A stretch of DNA of 64,000 nt from contig NC_069002.1 of NCBI RefSeq assembly GCF_001194135.2, forward strand, positions 3,915,284-3,979,283, in the 5' to 3' direction. Shown here piece after piece: positions 39,001 through 51,822 of this stretch. The position numbers were made by a program, and so were the translations under genes. Origin of the DNA: Octopus bimaculoides. Its lineage: Eukaryota. The first letter of the stretch is position 1, and each line of letters starts with the position of its first letter. The notes beneath the pieces were generated by a model that worked only from the letters and a program-made list of their open reading frames with translations, did no database searches and had not been told where the DNA came from.

Positions 39001-42000
39001 TCTGCAGCCCAGTGTGTGGCATACATTGCTTGTGCTGAACTTCCCCAAGGGTTCTGGCCAGATCTTATTCCTTTGTTAACGCAAAATATTACCAATCCAA
39101 ACAGCACTGAATTGATGAAAGAAGCTACGTTAGAGTCTATTGGTTATATTTGCCAGGATATAGTAAGTTACTTAATTCTAATTATTTGTTAACTAAAATA
39201 CACACTTTGTTTCAATTAAGTTCTGAAATGGAGAACATGGACTCGTTTTAATACGTCTACGAACACCTCACTCACTGAATGTAGTGTTTAGAACACAGCT
39301 TCATTAGTAACTTTTTAATGCCCATTTTATTATTTATTGCAAAGATGATCCCATTTGGTCATCATATATGTTAAATATGAATACTTGTAAATGGTATTGG
39401 TTTGGTAATTGATTTCTACTGGTTTTCATTCATTTATTTGAACACTTTGTGAAATATGTATTTTATTTGAAATAAGAATAATTTAAATTTTTAAACACAT
39501 GAAAACATTTGTTTTTTTTTCCCCCCAGGAGCCAGATATATTGGCATCACAATCTAATGAAATTTTAACAGCAATTGTAAATGGGATGCGCAAAGAAGAA
39601 TCAAGGTAACTTAATTATTTTTTTGGCTTTAAAGTGGGGCTTGTAATACCTGTTGGCTTTTGTATAGTTATGTCTGAGAATGATTGAAATTTTCCTGAAG
39701 ATGTGATCAATGAGTAGTGCAAATCTTGTTTGGTCAGTATTATATACTGAACTAGTACCTCGATAAGTCTACCAAATAGCTGAACTATCCTAATTGATGT
39801 TTTGTGTGTGTGTGTGTGTGTGTGTGTATACTCTTGAAATACTCTTTAAGAGTTATATTAAACTTTTTTCACTTGAATGCATTTTACAATTGAACTATTT
39901 TCAACTATTTCAGTAATCATGTTAGATTAGCTGCTACGAATGCTCTGCTGAATTCTTTGGAATTCACAAAGTCAAATTTTGATAAAGATGTAAGTATATA
40001 AATATATATCATTTACTGCTTGATTCTTTTCTCTTTAATCCTTTAGCATTTTGATTTCTCTGTCAAAAGTTTGAATTAGTTGTGCATTATCTTGTTGCTT
40101 TGAGATTTCAATGATGGGATTAGCTTTAGAATGACATTGTAGGGTAGGTGTGAAAGGCAGGATATGACCTGTTTAAATACTAAAAGATTTAGGTTTTGTA
40201 TTCTATGAAAGATTTACAGTAAAATGAATACTTAGCACATAAAGTGCAACAAGCCATGATCATGGCTGTCAGGCACAGGTCAAGAGGCCACGACTGTGGC
40301 CCAAATAGATGCATTTAATTTATGAGCATTTGTTGAGGTCTAATGTTACTCAAATGCTCCGATACCCACCAGAATGCAAGAGGACTAATAGTTCAACTAA
40401 TGGCTTTTCAAATGATGTAAAACTTGCCACCATTATATACTAAGATATTTTAACTATTTTTTGTCTTTTTTGTGTGTGCCTGGTCGTCTCGTTTTCATAA
40501 AATGTGCTCAGCAGTCCATTCTATGTAAGTGCAAATCCCAACGCTTTATGGATTAAGCATGAGATGCAGATAGTACCATATAGGCTTTTTCTTTTGAGTT
40601 CTACCATATATATTATTGTCTTCCCTACTCAATATTTTATTTTGTCTTGTCAATCATGTTTAATCATTTGAGATTCACTATTTCTCTTTTTTAGTTTGAA
40701 AGGCATTTTATCATGCAAGTTGTTTGTGAAGCTACCCAGTCTACTGATACAAGGGTAGGTAGTGTTATTGTTAAATACCACTTTTCTTCTCATTAAAATA
40801 TATGGAATAATAAAAATGTCATGAAATATTTCTTTTCTTTTTCAGGTTCGTGTTGCTGCCTTGCAATGCTTAGTTAAAATTATGTCCTTATATTATCAAT
40901 ATATGGAACACTACATGGGTCCTGCTCTGTTTGCTGTGAGTTTTACTTTAAGTTCTTCACTTTCTGTAAATGACATTTTGGGGGGGAAAAAAAAAAATTT
41001 TCCCCTTCCATCCTATCATGTGTAAGTTTGGTTCACACTTTTTTTCCCCTTGTTCCGTGTAGATTACGATGGAAGCTATGAAAAGTGAGATAGATGAAGT
41101 ATCTCTACAAGGAATTGAGTTCTGGTCTACAGTTTGTGATGAAGAGGTCGATCTTGCCATAGAACTTTCAGAAGTGAGTATTTGATGTCTTTAACATTTC
41201 CCTCTTTTCACCTGACACTGTAATCTAGGGAAACTTTTAATAATTGGCATTAGATAATTGAAATGAGATTATTTAGGTATTTAATCTAGTGTTGAAAAAT
41301 GTATCTGTTCTATATTTCAATCAATTTGATTACTGATAGTCATGTAGAAATATTTTCCTCATCTGTTCGATATAAAACTTACCACATCTCATTGTCAGGT
41401 TGGGTCAAGCCCTTATGATTGGTGCTGACCTGTGGGCACAGAGTTGGCTGTGTGTTTTAAGAAGTTTACTTCAAAACTGCATTGTCCCAGGTTCACTCCT
41501 ATTGTGTAGAGTAATCTTGATTCAACCTTAGTCTTATATGCGAAACTTGAGTTGATATTGTGTAGAAGCCTGTCAAATGGACAGCTCTTGTTCTTGGGCA
41601 ATTAGAATTAAAACATGCCGCCTGGTTTTTGGGTAGTTTACCAGAGTCCACTGTGTTACCAGCATTTGGACCATGTGTCCATTTTGAAGATGCCTAGCCA
41701 AAACCCCCCACTCCTCCACCTCACCTATATTTAGCCAAAGGCCGTGGATGTTGCTTTTTCCTTCTAGCTGAACCATTAAAAATGGGTGGTTTGGAGCCAA
41801 TCCAAATTAGATGTGAACAGGTATTGCTCCATGGCTGAAAAGCTTACTTCCCAACCTTGTGGTCTTTGGTTCATTCTCACTGCATGGTACCTTGGGCTCC
41901 AGAATGACCAAAGAAAGTTCTGAGTGAATTTGGTGAAAGAAACTCGTGTGTATGTGTGTGTGTATACTGTTGTTACATAATGGTTGTAAATGAGCATTGT

Positions 42001-45000
42001 CACGCAAACGAGGTTCGTTTCCATTCTACTGTGAAAAATGTGCCTGTGGGGGGAAAGTATTACCTTGATTGGAAATAGGTGAGGGTTGGTAACAAGAAGG
42101 GCATCTGGCTGCAGAAAATCTGCCTCAACAAATTGCATTTCACCTATGCAAGCATGGGGGGGGGGAAATAGACATTAAAAGGACGATGATGATCCATCCT
42201 GGGTTTTCCACGTATCATAAGATCACATTGATATAGGATTTTCCTAGGAGGTGAAGCGGCATAAACAATCTGATTGACTGGTCTTTGTTGCTATTGTGAC
42301 CTGTTACTATTATTATTATTATTGTTATTACATCAACAATAATTGTAGATATCTTAAACCCAAATTATGCACTAGAATTATTTTTTCTTTTATTCACTGT
42401 TACATTTTATTTCATTAAATGTTCCATTTTTTTTTTTTAGGCTGATGAAGAAGGCCGACCTCCTGAAAGGAGCAGTAGGTTTTATGCTAAAGGAGCTCTG
42501 CAGTTCCTTGTTCCAATATTATTGATAACCCTTACAAAACAGGTATATTGAATTTTTTTAATTAAAAATAAATTTTGCTCTTTCCTTAATGATTTAAAGA
42601 AGAAAAAAAACCCAACAAAATATAAGACCAAATCTTAAACTGCACATATATGTATATATGTGTGTATACATACACACACATACATATGTAAATGTGTATT
42701 TATGTACATAATGATTAATCATCTTCAAATCCATTTCAAAACAATTGCATTAATTTTTTTTGCCCCATATCGATTGAGATTAATTTTTCTACCATTCTTT
42801 TAGTAATAAATGTTCTAAATTTTATACTCAACCATTACTTTTTTACTCATCACATACCAAATTATTTCTAGATTCTTATGAATATATATATATATTATAT
42901 ATTTATCATTGCTTAGTTTATTAGGCCAGTTAATTTTGTTGGTTAGATGGTACAGTATTGCTTCAGATGAGAATGAAACTGATAAGGCATGAGTGAATTC
43001 TTCTCTTTGAGAGTCTTCCACTATATGTTTGCTGTTGTGTGTGTTTGCAGGAAGAGTTTGATGATGATGAGTGGAACCCATGTAAGGCAGCTGGTGTGTG
43101 TTTGATGCTGATGGCCACATGCTGTGAAGATGACGTTGTAGGTCATGTACTTCCTTTTGTCAAGGAACATATTGTCCATACAGATTGGCGCTTTAGAGAT
43201 GCTGCTGTTATGGCATTTGGTAGGCATTCATTTATCATTGATAACTTCAAGACAGTTTTTTTTTTCCTTTTTTTTAATTCATGGATTTAACTACATTGTA
43301 ATTAATATTGTTGACAGTTAATTATAGATATTTAAATCTTTTTTTCTTTTTTGTTTTATTTTATAACCTCCAAATAGAATAAAATGTAAGCTGTGACTTT
43401 GATATAAGTGGAGACAAAGTAATGGGTATTTTGTCAGTGGTTTTGTGGTATATTCATGGTAAACTGGAAACTATCATTTCATTAGAATTCAGTAGAATAA
43501 CATACTTTGTGCCATGTCACAGATGCCTGCAATTGTGGGCCTCTGTGCCAATATCAGAAAAGCCATGAATTTTGGGGAAACATACAGTAGTGGATTTCCC
43601 CATTTCCATCTACTGGTGTATTTAATTTTACTCTTCTAGTTTCTTGCACTGAGATGACTTCTTGAGGCACAGGACTTGACCCTTTGACTGGTTCATATGA
43701 TATCAGTTCATGTACATACACTGGAGGGCCGTGTGACATGTTAAGGGGCCAACCCTCCAAGTACTATACTCTTTAATTAGTGGATCATTTTTCACTATTT
43801 AACTCTCAACTGAGACATTTGGCAGGTTCTCTTTTGGTTCAGACCAAATTTGGGGGTAGTGTTGCCGAAAGTGTTACCACATACTCCTGAACTCTCTAGG
43901 TGGAGCCTTATCACTGGATGCTTGCTGTTTAATGTCTTGCACAGGAAGTCTTTTAAGAAATGCTTGTGGCAACTGATACAGCAGCAGATTCTTGGACCAA
44001 GCCTGGCATTTTTGGTTGCAACTGTATGCTTGCTTCATTCTTATTCACCCAAGAACTGTTTTATATTCTTATCCTAAAAAGAATAAAATTCAGTGACACC
44101 ATAATTCCCAAAAATGGTGCTGAAATTCCTGTCTTCTTCTAATTACAAGTGCTTAAATGCAAGCATTAATTTGCCTTTGTACAAGCCATTTTTCCTGCTT
44201 AATTTCAAAATTCCTTTTTGTAAATTTGAAAGTCTCCCACATTGTTTTTACTATAGGAATTGGTTAGAAATCAAAATAATTGTACCGCACTTGATTTTAT
44301 TTTTCTATAAAGATATGATTTTATAATCTTCCCATTACATTTATAGTTTTCATTCTACTTTTACAACCATAATCAGGTTTCTGGAAATCGTTTCATGATA
44401 GCTAATCTATTGTCTCCTGATGATAACCAGGGTGGTTGGCATTGGTAAAGGCATTTCTTTGGATACTGTATAATTTAACACCTTATTTAAATGGGTTTTT
44501 GCTATATCTTAATTGAAACAGGTTCATCCTAGGTTGTCTAGAACAAATGCCACTACTATCACAGCTGTTACCATTATTTTGCCTCATAAAGATAAATTAC
44601 ATGAAATAGACCATTTTCTTTTCCTAACCAGCTCTGATGTGCAGAAGTTTGGTAATGGGGTGGGTAATTGGTAATTTAAGAAATTTCTTTTTTTTAAAGA
44701 ATGTCTTTCAGTTCTTTCACTTCTAATAACATTCATAATAGATTTACCTGGCTCAGGTATAACTAAAATCATCTGGTGAGAATGTAAACAGAAAGACAAA
44801 AGCCTTTTGAATCCTACTTCTGTCGGCTGATATTACTGATTTATTTTTGATTCTTTTGTAGGATCTATCCTGGAAGGACCTGACCGCAATAAGCTGAAGC
44901 CTATCGTTGAACAAGCCATGCCAATGTTGATAAACTTGCTGAAGGACCGCAGCGTTGTAGTGCGAGACACTACAGCTTGGGCAGTTGGACGAGTGTGTGA

Positions 45001-48000
45001 AATCTTACCTGAAGCCGTTATTAACGATACCTGTCTGCCGCCACTCTTAGAAGCTTTGGTACAAGGACTTGAGGCTGAGCCGCGTGTTGCACACAATGTT
45101 TGCTGGGTTAGTAGGTGTAGGAGCTTTTCAATTCTAAAAAAGAAAAAGAAAAAGAAAACCACTGGCTAAATATCTTGTTATGCTTTCACATGTATTAACC
45201 TGATAAATATATCTGTTACAGGCTATATCCGGTTTGGCAGAAGCAGCATACGAAATAGCTGCGGATACTGCTGAAGAGAATGTCGAGCCTGAAATGTATT
45301 GTCTTTCGTATTATTTTGATGGTATTGTTACCAAACTTTTGGAAACAACTGACAGGTAAATCACTTACACTTTTACAGATAACTTTATATACACACAATT
45401 TGGCCTAATTTCTAGTTGTGTAGACTAATTCAGCTCAACCACTGCTGACCTAGGCTCAACAAATATTCCAACTTTGTTCCATTTTTGTATCCTTTTGACT
45501 GCAATGTTTGTGTTGTTGTAAAATAGTATGGTTGGGTTTGACAGTGGGTTCTCCCATGAAGTAAATTTTAAGGAATCGGTGTTCAGCATTGTTGACAGGA
45601 AGAATAGAGCCTATCCTGAATTTTGGACGTTGTCATATAAGAAGTCTTTGTGAAGGGATTTATGACAGAAACTTGTCATCTGGAAGGCAGTTTTAAGTGC
45701 GAATCAGGGTGTTGACCAGGGGGTAAAGGGGAAAGGGTGGGGAGTGTTTTGCAGGTCAGGCAAGTGAACCTTTCCATTTGAGAAAGCATAGGTCACTGGA
45801 TTCTCCAACCTACTTGAGGGCCTTGCAAAATGGACATATTACAGATGTATCCTCTGTAACAGTCTCTTGATAAGTGATGTAATCCTTGGCAGGATCATAG
45901 TGGAGCACTTTTGATGGCTTCCAATAGCCACGGGCAAGAGCCTTCTGATGGACATTAGACCGAAGTATCATCATCCGATGGTTATCATCATCTACCAACC
46001 TTGAGATATAAAGATAGCTTTCTAAAAACCTTGGTCCTTTTTTTTTTCTCTCCCCTATAATTTAAATGGTGTGTATTGGTGTATGGACAACATTTTTACT
46101 GTATTACTTGAAGCTTAGGTTTTGAACTGATTCTATTCTGCAGGCCTGATGCTAACCAGCACAATTTAAGGAATGCTGCCTATGAGGCGCTTATGGAACT
46201 TGTGAAAAATAGTCCAAAGGTAAGTTTTGAAGTAGCTTTGTGTTTTTTCCAAGTCAGAGTTGCTATGTACTGAAGCCATACAGGCAATTAGAAAAATATT
46301 GATCTCTACTTCAGATGATGAAAAAAAAATATCACGCTTGAAAATTTCACAGTATTTATGATCATATTTAGGCAGAAGTAGCTTTATTTCAATTTGCCAG
46401 CTTTGAGATTTCAATGGTTTATATTTCTGAAAACCTGAGTGGATGTGAGAGGCTGGATCTGGCCAGTTTTGAACGTAACACAGGTGGAATATTTCAGCCA
46501 GATATGGCTGGTTTAAATGCTGAAGAGTTAGAAATAAACCTTATATAGTTGAGGGTATTAACTTTGTCTTGTGTTTGTATGGGATATTGATTGATTTTAT
46601 CTTGGCCTATTCATATTGAAAATTAACCGTTCCATGCATACATTGGACGTATTTATATTAGAATTGTTATGTTAATATGATCAGTTAGAAAGACCTGCAA
46701 TGACCATGTGGGTCCTCTATTCCTAGTTAAATTTTTTTTTTTTTTTTTTGTAAGATATTCAGTACATTCTTGTATGTGAAAAAATTACATTTTAATAATT
46801 TGTTTTGTATTCCAGGATTGTTATGAAACAGTGAAAAACACAACTATGATTATTTTACAACGGCTTGAAAAAGTTTTACAGATGGAGGTAAGTTTTGTAT
46901 CAGGTTTGACATGAGCAAGTTCCCATGGTCTTGAGGAAGACCTCCTTTATTTGGTCTTGTTGCATTTATACAATGCACCTCATTCTAATCAGATCATTTA
47001 ATGTCCACTTTCCATGCTGGTATGGATAGGCCGGTTGACTGGTAACCAGCAAGCTGCACTAAACTCCAGTGTCATTTTCGGCGTGGTTTCTACAGCCAGA
47101 TGCTAATCATTTTAGTGTGCTGGGTGCTTTTTTTCTTTCTTCATGCCATCAGCACTCGTGAGGTTGCTATGTAACTTGCAGAAAAGAACAGAAGGAAAGG
47201 GAGGAAGAAAACTCCTACTACAAAGAAGTATTTGAGAAGGGGAGGCAAGTGGCTGTGTGCCAGATATCGAAAGGATATACTGCTAATTACTTTTAGCAGG
47301 CTTTGTGGGAAGAATTTTGAGACCACATGATGCTTCAAAACTGCAATGTTTTCTCAAACTTTATTTTGCCTAACTGTTGCCTTTTTTTTTTTTTTTTTTT
47401 TTTTTCAGGGTCATATAAGTTCAACTTCTGATAGGGTACAATATAATGACCTCCAATCATTGCTGTGTGCTACACTCCAAGTAAGTATGTGATATTTGAT
47501 GCTTTGTTTCCGTCCACTTTTAAATGTGTATCGTTTTCCTTTTGTGTTGAATTACAAAGTAACCTCTCCTCATTGTCCCTCGCTCTCTCTCTTTGTAGAG
47601 TGTACTGCGAAAGGTAACTGCTGAAGATGCACCCAAAATCTCTAGCCCGATTATGACAGCTTTATTACAGATGTTCAACACCTCTTGTGGGAAATCTGGA
47701 GGAGTTCAAGAAGATGCTTTACTCTGTGTATCAACACTGGTTGAAGGTATGTGTGTGTGTGATTTGATATCCTTTTTTTTTTTTTTTTTCTTCCAATGTC
47801 TAAATTGTAATTAAAAACAGTTGCTAATCATGAGTTCAAGTATTCAACAACTGTTCTGTTGATATCTATTTCTTGCTCCAACAGTTCACACATAATACGC
47901 CATCCCACCCCCCTCTAGCTCTCCCAGTAAATAAATTGGAAGTAGAATATTTGTATTTTCCTATTTAATATAGATATAGAAATTTTCGTTTTTCAAGGTT

Positions 48001-51000
48001 ACACTCTAAAATGTCTGGTAATGTTCTTCTTTTTGTTTTCTAGTTCTTGGAGAAAATTTCTTGCCATACATGCCAGCTTTCAAACCATACTTGACTCTTG
48101 GACTGAAAAATCATGCAGAATATCAGGTCTGTTATTCAATTGCAATCTGAGCTCTTTGCAATATGGAGAAGTTAGAGTTTTAAGCAAATGACTTTTCTTT
48201 TCTTTTTTATAATTGTTTATATTTGTACTTGGTTCTGATTCAGGTGTGCCAAGCTGCAGTTGGTTTAACTGGTGATATCTGCCGAGCTGTAGGAAATAAT
48301 ATATTACCATACTGTGATGAGTTAATGACTATGCTTGTGGAAAATCTTGGGGTAAGTACTGTGTTGCAAGGATTTGCAACTGCTATCAAACTCTGAACAT
48401 AAATGCAATTCAAAAAGCATTGCTATTGGGGGTTGCAAAATGGGAACTAAATGCTCATTTTTGTGCAAGAAACAAGGTTTAACCTCATTCTGAAAGGGAC
48501 TTCCCCTTTATATTATTTTTGTGTAGCTCAGTTGCTTAGTCATGTCATGTTTTCACAAATGTACTATTGAGATTTGCACTGAAATTTTTATTTAAATATG
48601 ACAAGACCATTTCAGCCATGTTTGTAACTTAAGCCAGAGTATTTAACAACTGGGATATGAATGGCTTTTGTATATATAACTACAGTTGATCATATTATTA
48701 GCATTGTGTTTTACTTTGTAAGCATTCATTGCCAGCGATTTTTAGTACTTGAAGTGTTAATTGTTGTTTCTCAGTGATGTTGAATTTAATTTATTGAAAA
48801 CCTTTGCATTTCAGGATGAAACTGTCCATCGTTCTGTCAAACCTCAGATCTTGTCTGTGTTTGGTGATATTGCTCTAGCAATTGGTTCTTACTTCAAAAA
48901 TTACCTAGCAGTTGTTTTGAATACATTGCAACAAGCATCACAAGCACAAGTTGACAAGGTAAAGTGTACAAGACCATCTCCTTGGCATATTTTTGTTTGA
49001 ATAGAAATCTATTTCAGTTATTTCAGTTGCAGTATTAAATATCTACCAAAAGTGTAATTGAAGTTCGACTTATTGACCAAAAAAAAATAGTTTCACTTCA
49101 CAGAGGGTAGATCAGTATATAAAACTTCCTGCAATTAAGAGTAATGAAATTTGAGTGGCCATATTGGGTTTCCTCAATTAGTTAAGTATGCTTTATCACA
49201 AATAACAGCAGTCATTTGCCCAACATATTGTTTTACACACACATCCAAGATGGAGACGAGCACTAATGTTGAATGTGGCAGGCTTGATAATTGCTGAAGA
49301 TTTTCAGCATGAAACTAACGGTAGCCTTCTCAACACACAAAGTATTTATCTACCAATACAATTGAGCATTCATTCTCACTGCTTTTTTAGCATTGTTTGT
49401 GTGTATACACATACTTGTGAATAACTGTTGGAAGATGTATAATCTGAAGGAGGAATCCTTTGAAGCAATCAAGTCAGGCTGCCAACTTCATTAAAATTGA
49501 TATTGTGTTTTTGTTATTTGTCTATTATTGTTGGGGCATGGTTTATATCACATTGATGCCTTGGCAACAGTTTTTTTTTTAACCATTTTGCTTTAAATTG
49601 TTTCATTTTTTTTCTTCTTCTCTCTCTCTCTCTCTCATTCTAGACTGACTATGATATGATTGATTACTTGAATGAACTGAGAGAAGGCTGTTTAGAAGCT
49701 TACACTGGCATTGTGCAAGGTTTGAAAGGTGATGCTGAGCAGATAAACCGTACGTTGTTGATTCATACATACAGCCTTGTCTATGGTGTTCCTTATAGGG
49801 TCGGGATCAGTGCATGAAGCCCATCTAGAGGAATGGCATACAGTGGGGATAATCAAGTTGTAAACTGGGAAAGAATGAACTTGTATGAAGAAATGGTTAT
49901 ATGCAGATGGCACTGTGTGGTTAAGGAGTTTCCTTTCCAACCACATGGGCCTCACTGAAGAAATGACAAAGGATTGGGCGATGTGATTTGCTGTATTTGA
50001 TAAGACACATCAAGCTAAATAAGATTGCTGTCTTCCACACATAACAGGTTTGTCCTTTCAAGTGACAGTGACACATAAAAGGCCCCCTCCACATCCTGTT
50101 AAGTGGTTTGCATTAGGAAGGGCATCCAGCCATAGAAACCATGCCACAACAGACAATGGGAGTCTGGACAGCTCCATGTCAAACCATCCACCCTATGGCA
50201 GTAAGGAGGGTGGACGTGAAATGACGATGGGCTGGTTTAAATGCTGAAAGGTTAAACCAGCCACATGATCCAAACACTCTATCTGTTTTATGTTCAGACC
50301 AACCAGATTTGGCTTACCAATCACATCTACCTACTAATATCATTCTGAAAATAGTCACATTGTTGAAATCTTGGAAGTTCTGAGATGAAGCCCAATGAAT
50401 AAACAATCCGTAGACTTGCATGAAATTGTGTAATATGGAAAACACTGTTCTTGTATTAGCTGTAGTCTTTCGTGAAGTTGTTTATATTGGTACCATGTCT
50501 GACAATTCCCTCGTGTGTTTTGTGCGGTGTGTTAGCGCGAACTTGTGAGGTTTGGGTTAGTAGACTTACTGAAGAATTGTTTGATTTTCTGTGATTTTTC
50601 TCTCCTTCCCTTTAGCTGATGTCAATCTCATTCAGCCACATGTTGGACACATGATTTCATTCATTGAACACATAGCTCAAGATGAGGATCATAGTGACAG
50701 TAACATAGCTGCTTGTTGTGGGTTAATAGGGTAAGTTTGTTTTTGCTTGTTTCAGTTGTTGGACTTTGGCCATGCTGGGGCACCACCTCGATAGGTGTAG
50801 TGAAACAAAAGAAACAAAAAAAATTTTCTAAGTAGTCGTTCTATCAGTCTCATGCTAGTTTACAGGGATGTAAACAAACCAACCACTACTTGTTGGTTGG
50901 GTGGGGACACTAAGAGGCATACACACATCTTTTAACGTCTACTTTTCTGTGCTTGCATGGCTTGGGTGAAGTTGACAGATTTTCTACAGCCAGATGCCCT

Positions 51001-51822
51001 CCGTCAACCCTCACCGGTTTCCAAGTGAGGTAATATTTCTCCAACACCAGACATAGTTTTGCAGAATATTGGAAATGAATGACAGTAACAATCATTTACA
51101 ACTATCACATGATTGTCAAGATGAGATGCGCATATACTCAACAGGTTTCTTCTATCTACGAGATCCACTCGTATCTTGGTCAAGTGCCATGTTGCGGGAT
51201 TGATCACAGAACCATGTGATTGGGAAGCAAACTACTTACCACACAACCATGCCTGCAAATGCGCACATACATACATACATACATACATTGGCCTCCATGC
51301 AGTTTCTGCGTACCAAATTCACTCATAAGGCATTGGTTAGCTTGGGGCTACAGCAGAAAATAAGTATTTAATTTCAGTATGGGTTTGGCCACATTTGAAT
51401 AATTAATATATATCAAATATGTTGTGCCACTTGTAGTCAACTTTGACCTTTGTACTGTTTTGTTTTTCTAGTGATCTCTGTGCTGCTTTTGGTGCAGCCA
51501 TGATGCCTTTTGTTGATAAGGAATCCATACAAGCCTTGTTAACGAAAGGCCGACGCTCCAAGGTGTCTAAAGCGAAAACACTAGCAAGTTGGGCCACTAA
51601 AGAGATAAGAAAACTGAAGAATGCATCTTGGTGAGTTGACTTGTACAGCTTTTTGTTTCTTGTCTTTGATCAGTTTCATCATAGCCTTCTATCCATTTTG
51701 TTTTGTTTTTTTTTCCCGTGTCCCCCTTTTTGTATGTTTGCATGTGTTAGATGGAATTTGTTTTGGCTGATTTTCCGTGTGTATTCTTACTAAATCCTTC
51801 TTTTGTTCTTTCTTTTTTCAGA
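28195..51822 (+). CDS. KPNB1: Importin subunit beta-1 (karyopherin beta 1), 24 exons, 876 aa
   Basis: Exons: 28195-28234, 28978-29036, 37746-37928, 38962-39162, 39529-39605, 39914-39989, 40695-40754, 40846-40935, 41063-41173, 42441-42542, 43051-43219, 44862-45106, 45222-45355, 46144-46219, 46816-46887, 47409-47480, 47599-47746, 48044-48126, 48244-48351, 48815-48958, 49644-49749, 50616-50730, 51472-51630, 51822 (last base of TGA). These sum to 2631 nt, all introns are GT-AG and the frame is continuous. Peptides include [57 protein letters not shown] and [19 protein letters not shown]. If the last intron is not spliced, the CDS ends at 51634. Confidence 0.97.
34049..34255. mobile_element. TTAA-flanked MITE (piggyBac-like ends), near full-length copy in KPNB1 intron 2
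   Basis: Ends in AATGCTAAAGGG|TTAA. The body (ttagaataacattgtaggataga tgtgagaggccagatctgg) is shared with many other copies in the window. Confidence 0.7.
45549..45905 (-). mobile_element. Degenerate Helitron Rep/helicase gene fragment in KPNB1 intron 13
   Basis: Frameshifted minus-strand translation gives, in order, [45 protein letters not shown] and [18 protein letters not shown]. This matches the Helitron motif series CxxCxALK..CC.NGKV.LP / YNS.FQMTSFG / FKIQGQ.YH / F.QIYF.GD. Confidence 0.8.

Noticed and set aside
43554-44060. Complex, coding-looking sequence in KPNB1 intron 11 (similar at 7850-8240)
   Set aside because: I recognise no motif and it has multiple stops. It is probably an old transposon remnant, but this cannot be supported without a search.
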